A DNA stretch of 64,000 bases from Octopus vulgaris. Lineage: Eukaryota. The DNA lies in the NCBI GenBank assembly GCA_951406725.2, contig OX597831.1, positions 73,222,001 to 73,286,000 on the forward strand, written 5' to 3'. Shown piece by piece: positions 26,481 through 39,900 of the stretch. The notes under the pieces are model-generated. The model did no database searches. It was not told where the DNA came from and saw only the letters and a program-made list of their open reading frames with translations. Within the stretch, counting starts at the first letter, position 1. Every line of letters starts with the position of its first letter. The translations under genes and the position numbers were made by a program.

Positions 26481-28457
26481 GACACACACTAATATGTATC
26501 ATGGGAAATAATGTTATCGCTTACCTAAGAATGAATTTAGTCTTATCAGAAAAGGTTTTGTTATCATTAAAGTGTGTTTGAATTGGAATTTGGAGGCCAT
26601 TGTTTTTAAAGCAACAAATATTGTGGCCTAGATCAACAGCAACCAATAACTCTGGGAATCTTTGTCTGTGGAAAACCAGGAGTGGTTATCTTTGCAGTGA
26701 ATATAAATAAATGTTAGAATGTTTGAAAATTCTTACAGTTAGTATCTGTCCATTTTCTTTATGAAGCCTTCAGCGTTCCCATGGCCAACAGTTTAATCAT
26801 ATCTAGAAGAACCTCGGTGTTTAAATAACTCTTTTCGAAAGCACATCTGCCATTAACCCTTCAGCGTTTAAACCAGCCATGTCTGGTCAAAATGTCCTAC
26901 CTGTTTAATGTTCAAACTGGCCAGATCTTGTCTCTCACACCTACCCTACAATGTCGTTCTAAAAAATCATCACATCATCAAAGTCTCAAAGCTACGGGAT
27001 TAATACAGGATTAATTCAAAATGTGAATAGATAAGGATTACATTTGAATTGCTCAGGGATAGACTTTACTGATTCAAATACTTGACACAATGCTAAATAT
27101 CCTCCCACCTTGCCTTACCACATTCTACTTCACTGCACCACATCACACTGCACTTCATTGCATTATGCCATGCCACAGCATGCAGAATGAGACAATTGGG
27201 CATTGCTGTTTTGGTGCTGGCAATTTGGCTCAGGGATTGGATATTGAGCCTGTTTTGGTGACTACTTTTTGGTACTGAAGGCAGCACACACACACACACA
27301 CATACACAGATGTGTGTGTGTTTGTGGAAATAGGGATCATCTAATACAGGGGTTACCAAAGTGGTTGATATCGACCCTTAGGGGTTGATGGGACTATTCA
27401 AGGGGTCGATATATGCACATCTACTTATTTATTTTCTTGTATATACCTGGGGCTTGATGTGGGGGGTCAGGGATTCCATGAAGGGGTTTATGGTCTGTTT
27501 GGTGACTCCTGATTTAATACATCATAATGCTCTCTCTTTCCCTCTCCTTTCCTCTCCCTCCCTCCCTCACCTCTCTCCTTCCCTTATCTTTCTGTTTCCC
27601 TCACCCTCACTATCTTCTCTCTCCCCTCCCCTCCCCTGTTGCCTTCAGCCCTTTAATATTCTTCCTATTTATCTACAGAATTTATCAAAGGATTTACCAA
27701 GAGCATTGCCAAAAGACAGATGTGATCAGTAAGCAGTTCTGATTGTCTTGTTGTTTAAAAAAAAAATATACAAAACATTAATTTTTAATATATTTCCTTC
27801 AATTTTCACGATTTAAAAAAAAATGTTTACTGCTTCTAGGGTATTGTACTCAGACGTTAATTAGTATAGTTAAAGGGTTATATTATTAACTCTTACATCT
27901 TGCCCTAATAATTCTGAGATCATATCAGCTAAAATATTTTTTCAAAAGTAAGCCATCTTTGATGAAACTATGTGAATTATTTTCCAAATAATTGAAAAAT
28001 ATAATTAAAGAACAGTTTTTGTTTTGTTTCTGAAAAATTTTTAAATGAATATAAAAAAAGTCCCCACTTCTTCCATTGAGAAAAAAACTATTTTTGGAAT
28101 TCAGTTTGTTTTTTCATGATAAATATTTGATAAAGAATTTTTTTCGTATTTTGTAAAATTTTAATTTCAGTCTTGCAAATCTAACATAAATAATAATAAT
28201 AACAATAACAATAATAATAATAATAACAATAATAATAACAATAATAATTATTGTTATTGTTGTTATTATTATTGTTATTGTTGTTGTTGTTATTATTAAG
28301 GCAGTGAGCTGGCAGAATTGTTAGCACGCTGGGCAAAATGCTTAGTGGTATTTAATCTTTCTTTACATTCTGAGTTCAAATTTTGCTGAGGTCAGTTTTG
28401 TCTTTTATCCTTTTGGGGTCAATGAAATAAGTACCAGTCGATCACTGGGGTCATTGA

Positions 28458-28494
<37 letters not shown>

Positions 28495-28786
28495 ATAAAG
28501 AATTTGAAGGCTTTGGTGTTAGGAAGAATGGTTAAATGACTGTTGAAGAGAAGATATATTGTGGTCTAAAGACAGAGGTTTTCCAACCTTCAATGGAAGA
28601 ATAGCAGTTTGTGGAATATTAACAAATGTTATTGAAATGTTTTGTATTTTTCTTAACAATTCAGAATTTGGTATTTTTTAAACATATCTGCTTGAATTCT
28701 TTTCATATCTTAATCAATTTTTAATTTGAGATTGAATTTCAATTCCAGATACTAAGTTTTTCTAGAATATTAAAAAAAATATAATA

Positions 28787-29181
28787 GGCGCTGGAGCGGC
28801 TGTGTGGTAAGTAGCTTGCTTACCAACCACATGATTCTGGGTTCAGTCCCACTGCGTGGCACCTTGGGCAAGTGTCTTCTACTATAGCCTCGGGTTGATC
28901 AAAGCCTTGTGAGTGGATTTGGTAGACAGAAACTGAAAGAAGCCCATCGTATATATGTATATATATGTATGTTTGTGTGTCTGTGTTTGTCCCCCAACAT
29001 CACTTGACAACCAATGCTGGTGTGTTTACGTTCCCGTAACTTTGCAGTTCGGCAAAAGAGACTGATAGAATAACTACTAGGCTTACAAAGAATAAGTCCT
29101 GGGATCGATTTGCTTGACTAAAGGTGGTGCTCCAGCATGGCTGCAGTTGAATGACTGAAACAAAATAAAAGAGTAAAAGAG
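28787..29181 (+). mobile_element. Full-length CORE-like SINE (family A)
   Basis: Family A structure. Confidence 0.9.
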
Positions 29182-29447
29182 ATTAATATATTTAAAACAA
29201 TTAAAAAAAATATCGTAACAGTATTGTTTTCAGGCATCCAAGTCAACAATGCATAAAAGTGGAAGCATTCAAAGATTGTTGCTACCTTTCCAAATTCTGC
29301 TGCATTTCATGGGGAATTTTTGGTGCTGAAAAGTTGTCTTGGTGTAGAGGTTGACCTACCTTTTTCTTTTCTTTTTTTCTGCAAGTTTTGGTCTGAAAAA
29401 TCCAACTTGACAAACTGGAAAATACAGTATCGTAAAATGTATATTAA

Positions 29448-29661
29448 CCCTTTCGTTACTGTATTTATTTTGAGATGTTCTGTGTTTCTTTCAATTATTT
29501 TGAATATAACAAAGAATTTAGTAAAATAACTTAGTTGTCATTCAGCTAGTGTTAGGAACATAAATTGTGACTAAGGTTTGGTGGAAGATCAAAACTTATG
29601 AAAACAAGACATTTGTACTACAGAGCCAGAGCCGGTTTCAGCTGGGTTGGTAATGAAAGGG
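29448..29661. mobile_element. Intact piggyBac MITE (family 1, 214 bp)
   Basis: TTAA|CCCTTTCGTTAC ... GTAATGAAAGGG|TTAA. Confidence 0.92.
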
Positions 29662-30309
29662 TTAAATAAGCATATTCTAGTTCAATTCTTTACCCCCCCC
29701 CCACACACACACACACATTCCACCTGATTGTAATGTTGATTTATGGAATTAAATTCAGTTTGGATCAGTCTGAATATTTTTCTTCAGAAAGAAAAACTTT
29801 CCACACCACTCATGTCTCTGTGTTGTCTCTGCATGTCTCTCTCTCCCTGTTTGTCTCTCTGTCTCTCTGTCCCTCTTTGTCTGTTTGTCTCTCTTCTACT
29901 AAAAGCATTCAACAAAATAGCTATTGAAAAATATAAACTGGTTGAAAACAACTTTTTGTTGCTTTAAGAGCTGAGAAGTTTGAGCTGGAGTGTGTGTGGA
30001 AGTGATGCTTGTGTGAGCTGTGAAGTACTATATAATAGTGGTAGCAGTAGTGGAGAAAGAATGAGGAGTGGTGAGAGAGATGGTTGGGATAGAATGAGGA
30101 GTGGTGAGAGAGTGAGTAAGAGGTGCAGAGAACTGAATCTTACCTAGTTTTTTCTATTAAAGATAGTTTCCATTCTTCTCTCATTTGGTGCAGATCTGAA
30201 GAAATTGGAGCTCCTTAATGAGAAACAGCTGCACGTGATACTGCACCCATCTTTGATCAGTCTATATAAGGTTTTGGGTTTTGAAGAGGAACAAATATTA
30301 TAATTTGAA

Positions 30310-30470
30310 GTGTAGGAGTGGCTGTGTGGTAAGTAGCTTGCTAACCAACCACATGGTTCCGGGTTCAGTCCCACTGCGTGGCGTCTTGGGGAAGTGTCTT
30401 CTGCTATAGCCCCGGGCCGACCAATGCCTTGTGAGTGGATTTGGTAGATGGAAACTGAAAGAAGCCTGTC

Positions 30471-30528
<58 letters not shown>

Positions 30529-30730
30529 TTGTCCCCCTAGCATTGCTTGACAACTGATGCTGGTGTGTTTACGTCCCTGTCACTTAGCGGTTCGGCAAAA
30601 GAGACCGATAGAATAAGTACTGGGCCTACAAAGAATAAGTCCCGGGGTCGATTTGCTCGACTAAAGGTGGTGCTCCAGCATGGCCGCAGTCAAATGACTG
30701 AAACAAGTAATAGAGTAATAGAGAGAGAGT
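30310..30730 (+). mobile_element. CORE-like SINE (family A)
   Basis: Family A structure. Confidence 0.9.
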
Positions 30731-30737
30731 AGCAAGC

Positions 30738-30773
<36 letters not shown>

Positions 30774-32649
30774 ATATGTGCATCTATGGTTCTCACCATG
30801 TGCATGTGTGTGTGCGCACATCTCTGATTTCCTATGTGTATCTGTAGTTGTATGAATCGCAATCATTTCTGCAGGTTTCTCCTCTCAGTCTTGTATAACT
30901 GCTCTCACCATTACTCCTGAACCCCACAAAATATTTTATTTTCTTGAGCTCCTCAGGCCCCTTACTCAGTTTCTACGCTGTGTAAGTGACCGAGGTCAAA
31001 ATATCCGTCCGTCCCTGAACTGATCAATTGCTGGGTTCTTGGCCAGCAGTTTCGAGGGGAGGGGGACAAGTCAGTCACATCAACCTCAGTACTTGAACTG
31101 GCACTTTATTGAACCTGACGAAAGGCCAAAATGATTTCGGTGGGAATTGAACTCAGAACATGAAGCCTCAGAAGAAATGCTACTAAGCATTTTGTTTGAT
31201 GTGCAATTTGATTCTGCAAGCTCACTGCTGTCTCCAAAATATTGCACCCTTCCATTTTCTCTGAGATAATAAGGAACAATTATACAGTATATTTTTTTGC
31301 CCCTAATTTTATCTCATTAGGGATTTTAGAGTTAATTAAACTTCTTCAAATAATTTTAAAATGCTTTGAGTGTTTAGAACGGGAAATCAATACTTCCCTG
31401 ACAGCAGAGTTCTATAAACAAGAATTATTGTTCAATATTCACACACAAAGAATAGATTGCAAATTCCAAGAACTAATATCTTTCTTATTTTCCAAACTTA
31501 TTGTTGATTTCTTTTAAATAATTATTTTGAATCCTAATTAAGCAAAGTGAAAGTGCAAAGAATGTACAGTCTTTAACAATGGTACCAACACTTCACATAG
31601 CACTTGACTTGGTGGATTTGTCTAGGGCTGTTTTCAAAGATAGTCGCTATATTTGTTATACTCTAAAATATGAATGGACATAGGAGGGTGGTGGCGGTGA
31701 TTGGGGGGAAGCAGTGTAGTGAGTAACACACACTTGAAAGGAAATTGGAGATAGTAAAGTTGTTTAATGAAAATGGTGTCTGCTGATAAAGTTAGCAGTT
31801 CAGGATGTTGTGAGAAAGGCCATGAGCGGCAGCAGTTCTTTTATTGGTTGTTTGTTTTGTTGATCTCGAGATAGCGGTGGTGGTGGTGGTGGTAGCAAAG
31901 AACAGTTGCAGCTTTATAGAAAAATGGTGATTAGAATGCAGGAGGAGAGCAGATGATGGAATAAAGGAATAAAGTCTGAAGCAGTACCTTAGAAACTGAT
32001 TATTCCCCCCCCCCCCCGAAAGAAAATGGCAAGCAGTAAAGATTAGATATCTTTTGAAGTTCTTTGCTTTCTGCCTGAAGAAGAGAAAGCCTAAATCATA
32101 GTTATTCAATATAACTAAAGTGTTCCCTGCGATAGGGATCTCTGGAAGCATACTTTGGCCATCGAAGAAGAATATTAGGAAATATGGCATACTACTACTA
32201 CTACTAATAATAATAATAATAACTGAACTTTTATCCAATTTTTTGCTGCTTATACAAAATGATGAAATGGATATTAATTTTTAAAAGAAAAATATGACCT
32301 TAAAATAAAATGAAATATTCAAAAAGTTAAAAAGAAAAAAAAAATTGAAAAGAAAATTATTCTCCATGTTGATTTTATATTATGGACTTTACACGCAGTC
32401 TCAGCCCTCCTTCCCCCTCTTTCTATATATATATTCACACACACACACACACACACACTCTTTTGACTCTGATTCTTTCTCACTGTGTATGGTAGTCCAC
32501 TACTCATTGCCTTCCACCAAGCTTTGTATGTGCACTCATTCTGCACTTTTACATTCTCTGTATCTTTCTTTCACTCTTTCTATGCTGTAAAGCATGAACT
32601 GGAGAAGTCAACCAACCAACCAACCAACCAACCAACCAACAGTTAGATT

Positions 32650-33740
32650 GGCTATTCCTAGCCATTGTACCTTGTCCTAAAAAAACTCTGAGCAGATTGG
32701 AGTGCTTGCTTTTCTGATTCTTATGGAAGGGTCAGGTTCTGCTGTTCAGAAAATCCATCTGCTGTCAACAACCACACCGTGGTGGTCTTGGGATGCCATC
32801 CTTAATGATGCAGCGCCATGCTTTGAGGCTGTCACACCTACAGAAATATCTAAATCACTGAGATGATGTGGACAAAAATAAAGGTGAGCTGGTGTAGACG
32901 TCTTTCATGCGACACATCTTTCTGCAGCTCATCTCATTGACAGAGCTGCAGTCATGGGTCAAGCGTAGACCAAGGTTGGGTGTTTGGCGTCTTGAATGTT
33001 GCCAGGCACTCAGTGTGTTGTACCAGCTATCCAAAACCGTTAGCAGATAAACAACCCAAGATTTCTATAGGGGGTGAGTTGAGGGTATGAGTGATGATGG
33101 CCTAGGATTGAATCTAGGCATTGACGAGAACAGTCAGAGTACCTTTTGGTTGAAGATCATGGACAATTTCCAAAAGTCTTTGGGTTGGCAGTGCTACAGA
33201 GGGACATTGCTCATTCAAGACAAGCTTTTCAGGCAAGGAAGTGCCAACAACCGAACCTACCAGAGATGCTTGTAGGAGGATGAAATAATTCATCGTCCGT
33301 GCATTAGAGAGTTGTGGGATTGTGTAGAGCAGTTGTTGTCATGTGTAAGACGAATTCAGCTGTCTCCTGAATGTATAGTGAAGATCAATGTACCACCTTC
33401 CCTTAGTGAAGAAAGGCAGATCTTTCTCTGCTTAGTAGCTGTGGTAAAAGAGGCTCTATGGTGGAACTATCTGTAAAATTTAAAGACAGGCACACTCTTA
33501 TCTGGTCAGGTCCTCATCAATTCTTTCAAATATCATTTAAAGAGGAAGGTGAAGGTAGAGAGGGAGGTGCTGCCCTCTAGTGTGTTTATCAAAAGGTGGT
33601 CAACAGTGGCAAGACTGGTGAGACAGAATGGATCGACACTATGTTTTTCTAAGCAGGAGGAAAGAAACTGGAAGAGAGCACTTTCCCATGCTTTGGAGTT
33701 GGCAGAGTTATCCCTGATTTATGTGTGGGGTTTACCCTGG
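32650..33740 (+). mobile_element. Fossil L1/Tx1-clade LINE ORF2 C-terminal region
   Basis: Translated remnants RKSICCQQPHRGGLGMP, MDNFQKSLGWQCYRGTLLIQDKLFRQG, CIRELWDCVEQLL, FLCLVAVVKEALWW; stops and frameshifts. Confidence 0.7.
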
Positions 33741-33795
33741 ATTATCTTAAGTAGACTGTCCCAGCTTTTGGGGATTCTATTTATTATTATTTATT

Positions 33796-33992
33796 CTCTT
33801 ACTCTCTTTTACTCTTTTACTTGTTTCAGTCATTTGACTGCGGCCATGCTGGAGCACCGCCTTTAATCGAGCAACTCGACCTCGGGACTTATTCTATCGG
33901 TCTCTTTTGCCGAACCGCTAAGTAACGGGGACATAAACACACCAGCATCGGTTGTCAAGCAATGCTAGGGGGACAAACACAGACACACAAAC

Positions 33993-34067
<75 letters not shown>

Positions 34068-34209
34068 ACGGGCTTCTTTCAGTTTCCGTCTACCAAATCC
34101 ACTCTCAAGTCTTTGGTCGGCCCGAGGCTATAGTAGAAGACACTTGCCTAAGGTGCCACGCAGTGGGACTGAACCCAGAACCATGTAGTTGGTAAACCAC
34201 TCCTGCGCC
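33796..34209 (-). mobile_element. CORE-like SINE (family A)
   Basis: Family A reverse complement. Confidence 0.9.
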
Positions 34210-34794
34210 TATTCCTCAACTTTCTATTGTATATCCTCTGTTATATCCTTTAATGTGGTAGCATCTCCCTTTGATTGGTGTTACCCCCACATTTTTGTAG
34301 TTTTTTTATTTGTGCTGTAACTTGTCCTTCGATATTGTCCTTCATGTCTTGGGCCCTTGTGGCCAATAAATCATCATCATCATTATCGAAATTTTCATCC
34401 TTACTCCGCCTAACCGCTTTATTGAGTCCATCTTAGTGAGCAGCAGTCTCACCAGAAAAGCCATTTTGGTCTCACATTTTCAGACTTTTACTCAGTGAAA
34501 TCCTAACACTGCTAAGCAAACATTGGTTGCAATCTGACTCAATTAAATGACCTCAGACCAAAATGGAATGCTGTAGATGACCATCACATTGGTTGACTAA
34601 AAGCAGACACAAAAACTATAATGCAATAAATGTAAAATCTTTTTTTTTTTTAACGTGTGTGTGTGTGTGTGTGTGTTTATCTCATGTTCAATGGTCATGT
34701 AGTAATAAAATGTCATGAAGTTACATGACCATACCACATGGTATTTTTCTTCATGTGCATGCATATTGACAAACATCACACTTAAACGCTCACA

Positions 34795-35358
34795 TATTCA
34801 CGCACATGCATTCCCAAACATGCACACACATTCACACGCACACACATTCGCACACATTCACATGCACGCGGTCACACACATTCACATGCACGCGGTCACA
34901 CACATTCACACACACAAACCCACTTATTCCACAAACATACACAACTTATTCCGCTCACACACACACATTCACACACTCTTATTCACACATGCATTCACAC
35001 ACACACTCTTATTCACACACTCACACACTTATTCAGACACACGCACACACACACTTATTCACACACACACACACACACACACTTATTCACACACACACAC
35101 ACACACACTCTTATTCACACACACACACACTCTTATTCACACACACACACACACACTCTTATTCACACCCACCCACACACACACTCTTATTCATGGCCAC
35201 ACAAGCACTTATTCACACAGACACACACAAACACTTATTTCACACACACACACAAACACTTATTCACACACACGCACACACCCACACTTAATCACAAACA
35301 CACACGTGTGCATATTCACACAAACATTCACACACACACACACATATATTCACACATA
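34795..35358. repeat. CA-rich compound repeat with CTTATT(CA)n units
   Basis: Directly visible. Confidence 0.85.
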
Positions 35359-35759
35359 GATACATGTGCCTGTGAGAACAAATTCCTTCTGGCCTGCAAT
35401 AATTTCTCCCCTCTAGCACCACTACTTTAACTTCACTAATGCAACGGAGCTATTTTTTGTTGGATGCCATGTGGGGAGACCTTTGTTTGGTTCACATGCT
35501 AGAAACAGCACTCAGAGCACCCTCAAACCTTACTCTTTCATAAACAGAAACACTAAATAATACGGTTCTGTAAATGTTATCAAATCAAACAAGCAGACAG
35601 GCTTGTCATGGTTGGACCGTCTTTGATCAGAGTCTGCTCACTCAGGGCTGACCTGTAGTTAAACAATACTGCCATAGCTAAAGTGTGGTTTCTTGTATTG
35701 TTTGTCTGTGCTGTGCCGGAAATTTCTTTTTGTAAGGCAGCAAAGCGACAGAATCATTT

Positions 35760-36180
35760 TTCCCTTCCTTTTTGTCCAAAATGTAGAACACTAAGGCACT
35801 CGTGTCCTGCTACAATTCTCTGTTCTTTGTCTTTTTTTTTTTTGTAACTGTTCTGATATTTAACATCTCTTTCTTCCAACCAGTTTGTCACGTTTGGCAT
35901 CCATGCCATCCTCCTCCCCCTTCCTCTGCTTCTTTTCCCTTCAATCTTTCCGGTCGTTGCTAAATTCCTCAGGCTCTCTTTCCTCATCACATGACCAAAA
36001 AGTCCTATTTACCACAGCCCATGTCATCACTTCTTTATTAGACACTTTGTTTGTCCATGCTATCCTCAATATTCTCCTTAAGAACCACACTTCACAGCTG
36101 CCCAAGCGCCTTCTCATTCCTCAATTCCATACATTAACACTGGGTAGACATAGCAGTCCAACACAGATCTTTGGTCCCAG
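35760..36180 (-). mobile_element. BovB-like RTE LINE ORF2 C-terminal fossil (second RTE family)
   Basis: VLDCYVYPVLMYG, CEVWFLRRILRIAWTNKVSNKEV, MRKESLRNLATTGKIEGKRSRGR motifs. Confidence 0.75.
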
Positions 36181-36414
36181 ATTCAAGAATCCTTACTACG
36201 CAGAATAAAATACTTGGTGGCATCTCTTTTGTCTGTCTTTAACTTTCTGAGTTCAAATTCTGCTGAGGTTGACTTTGCCTTTTTCATTGTTTCAGTGATG
36301 GTGGGGCAACAATAAAATAAGCAATTGAGCACTGAGGTTGATGGAATCAACTTCCCCTCCCCTCAAAACTACTGGCCTTCTGCTAGAATTTGAAACCATA
36401 AATACAGGTTGATG

Positions 36415-36820
36415 GGTGCAGGCATAGCTGAGTGGTAAGAAGTTTGCTTCCCAACCACACGGTTTGGGGTTCAGTCCCTCTGCATGGCATCTTAGGCAAG
36501 TGTCTTCTATTATAGCCCTATTTAGCCAAAGCCTTCTGAGTGGATTTGGTGGACAGAAACTGAAAGAAGTCTACCGTGTGTGTGTGAATCTCCTTGCCTG
36601 GGTGTCACACAGTAGTTGTGTCGCCATCATGCAAGTGATATCCTTTGTTTCCAATCTTCCATGAAAACATGTCTGGTCATGAGGAAATTTTACTTTAGCT
36701 AGAAACTGGTTAGGGTTGGTGACGGGAAAGGTACCCAGCTGGCTGTAGAAAATCCACCTTGACAAATTCTCTCCAACTCGGGTGAGCAAGGAAAAGTGAA
36801 TGTCACAAGGATGATAATGA
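36415..36820 (+). mobile_element. SINE with family A head and RTE-like 3' tail
   Basis: Family A head to about 36575, a different body, then TTGGTGACGGGAAAGGTACCCAGCT and a GATGATAATGA tail. Confidence 0.6.
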
Positions 36821-38804
36821 ATCCTAATTAGGCATCTTAACTATGAAATTATTGTTGCACTAATTATTACTGCAGAAGCCATTCGACCTGTTAAGAAATT
36901 GTCATTAATATATGGCGCCAATAAGGTGGTGAGCTGGCAGAACCTTTAGTATGCTGGGCAATAATGCTTAGCAGCATATTGTCCTTTATGTTTTGAGTTC
37001 AAATTCCACTGATGACGACTCTACGTTTTATCCTTTTGGGGTTGATAAAATAAGTACCAGTTGAGCACTGGCGTCAATGTAATCGACTTAACTTGTCCCC
37101 TGAAATTGATGGCCTTGTGCCAAAATTTGAAACCAATAAATTTGAATTGAAGGAACCAGTATTTAGTCATGACCTGTATCACGAGTTCCCATTTTACTAG
37201 GGTCAGCTTTCTCTTGGATCTTTTCTGGGGTTATTATATTTTATATCAGTGAATTTTCTAACTTATTGCTTATAGGTTTCGAAAAGGATCATTGATTCCC
37301 TGCATTTCCAATGGTTGAGGGCAACAAGGGGCATAGCTGAGCAAAGTGAATAGATGTGTGATCTACGTAGTGGTCCATGTGCAGTCCAGTGTCTTGAGAC
37401 CAAACTCCACCACTTCTCCCTTGGTCTTCAGCTGTATCCTTCTACTTGGATCACTTCGTAATCCTTTATCTTGCATCTTCAGCTTGACTCATTCCTTTGC
37501 CCAGATTTCCCCATAAAACTCCAGCTTGCCATCATAGTCTTCTCTCTCCTATATAACTAATTGATTCCTATTTTGACTGAAGCTTTTCTATCAGTTCTTG
37601 TGGAAAATATATATATGGTGACTTTATAGTAATATATTGCATCTCTTTACCTCCTCTCTTTCTCTCTCTCCCTTCTCCCCTCTCTTCTCTCTCTCTCCCT
37701 TCTCCTCTCTCCCCCCTTTCTCCCTTATCTCCCCCCCCCCCCTCGCTGGCAGCTGATGATGGGAACACATTTGTTATGCTTGTTTGTGGATGTTTAATCT
37801 GAGTTGTCTTTCAGTCTGTCATCAGGTGGGAAGTGGTTGCAGATTTGTGGTTTGTGGAGATAACTTACATTGTTATTGGCTTTTTTTTTTTCTCTATAGA
37901 TAATTTTATTTAAATAATTTTATTTAAGCTTAGATAATGGCATCCAGTTTCGGAGAGGTTCTGTGACACACACACCTGTGTATCCGTCACTGTCTTTACT
38001 ATAGTCAGTTTGACCATTAAGACAAATGAATACATGAAACATCCTTTTACAAATCTATTGAGTGCCATAATTCCTAGATAGCTGGGAATTCAATCAGCTG
38101 CTTAATACACCACAAAGGTCAAAGTTTCTGTTTGCTGAAGACATAATTTTGGAAGCAGCAGCAGCTATACAGGTTGAACAACCAAATTAAAGACCAATTA
38201 TTAAATCTCTTAATCATTGACGTTCTTATCTCTACTCACAATGTTAATCCCAAGGTGATTTCAAAATTAAAACAGCCTCAATGAAATTCAATTATATATT
38301 TTACTTTGGTTTAACTGTCTTGGTAGTTTTTGCTAATTTTGTTGTGGTGTTGATATATTGTTTATCTACTTATTTCTGTGTGACCTGGAAGTTAAGAAGG
38401 GAGCCAAAAAATCCACCGACATTCCTGTCATTGTTAGGGGACATGATTTGTCAAGTGTTCTGCAGTGTAAAGGTTAGGAATGAAGTTATGATAATAGAGC
38501 CCCTCTCTATTAAAACACAGCACTTCTATTTCTTTTAGAGCTTCTGACCTTACTTCATCCAAACTATTTGTGCTCAACTACCTTGCACCACATACAAACT
38601 CCCTCAATGTATGTGTGAAACAAGGAAAATGTCCCTTGTATTTAAATACTATGGAAATATTTTTTTTAAAAACTTAAAAATTTTTCCATAATATGTTTTC
38701 TATACTTAGAGTTGAAAAAGTCTCAATGACTGAAACTAGTACTGAAATGTTTCTTATGATAAAATTATTTAAGCATTTTCTACTTTTACTTATTTTCCTT
38801 ATAT

Positions 38805-38985
38805 ATCATCATCATCATCGTTTAACGTCCGTTTTCAGCGCTAGCATGGGTTGGACGGTTCGACCGGGGTCTGGGAAGCGAGGGGCTGCACCAGGCTCCA
38901 GTCTGATCTGGCAGTGTTTCTACAGCTGGATGCCCTTCCTAACGCCAACCACTCCGCGAGTGTAGTGGGTGCTTTTACGTGCCAC
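38805..38985 (-). mobile_element. RTE 3' end fragment
   Basis: (CAT)n tail and conserved 3' motif. Confidence 0.85.
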
Positions 38986-39900
38986 ACAATAGTAAATCTC
39001 TGAACGAGGTATAGACAGTAACTGCACGACAATGTGAGGTATATTTGCCATCTCAATATGGATAACCACTAAGGGTGGGTGTTACTGTAGCTTGTAGCCC
39101 CAAGAGAACACCTCCTCCAGCTGGCTATAGGCACACTTTCTGTGCCCTATCGGTATTTGCAAAGGGAGGTCATCCTTCCCTCGTCAACCTATATATATGT
39201 ATGTGTGTGTGATTTAGAGATAGCAGTCCCCATCATCACACCATATAAAAGAATTTTATTTTAATACTTACTACTCATTTCTAAATTTCTCTGCTTACAC
39301 GTGTTTCTTGAGGTTCTTTTACCGTTCCTTAAGCATGCAGTGTTTTACAGGAACATTTCTTAAGCTCAACTCCAATCGTCAGGCCTCTAAATAACCTTAT
39401 TATAATTCAATACCAATTTCTATATTTTAATATTTTAACAGTTACGAATGTATTAACCGACAAATTTATTCCCTAATAAATAAAATAAAATAATCTAGTA
39501 TATATATATATATCCTTTTATCATTGACATTGATTCAGTCATTAGACTGTGGCCATGCTGGGGCACCAGCTTCAAGGGTTTAATCAAACAAATTGATTCT
39601 AGTACTTCTTTCTAGCCTAATGCTTATTCTACCAGTCTTTTTTGCCAAACTGCTAAGTTACGGAGGTGCAAACAAACCAACACCAGTTAAGTGGTTGTAG
39701 GGGATAAACACAGACACAAAGACACGCATATATACATCTTATATATATATGTATGTATGTGTATATAGATGTGGTGTGCAAGAGAAACGCTGGTATGGTC
39801 ATGTGATTTGTATGAACAAGGACGGCTGTGTAAATAAGTGCTGATCCCTAACTGTGGAAGGAACCTGTTTTCTCAATTATAGAGATTCTCATCTTCTTAA

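Noticed and set aside
37795-37830. Minus-strand CUGAUGA-cagacu-GAAA hammerhead core
   Set aside because: Stem II has no closing pair and stem I cannot form; chance match
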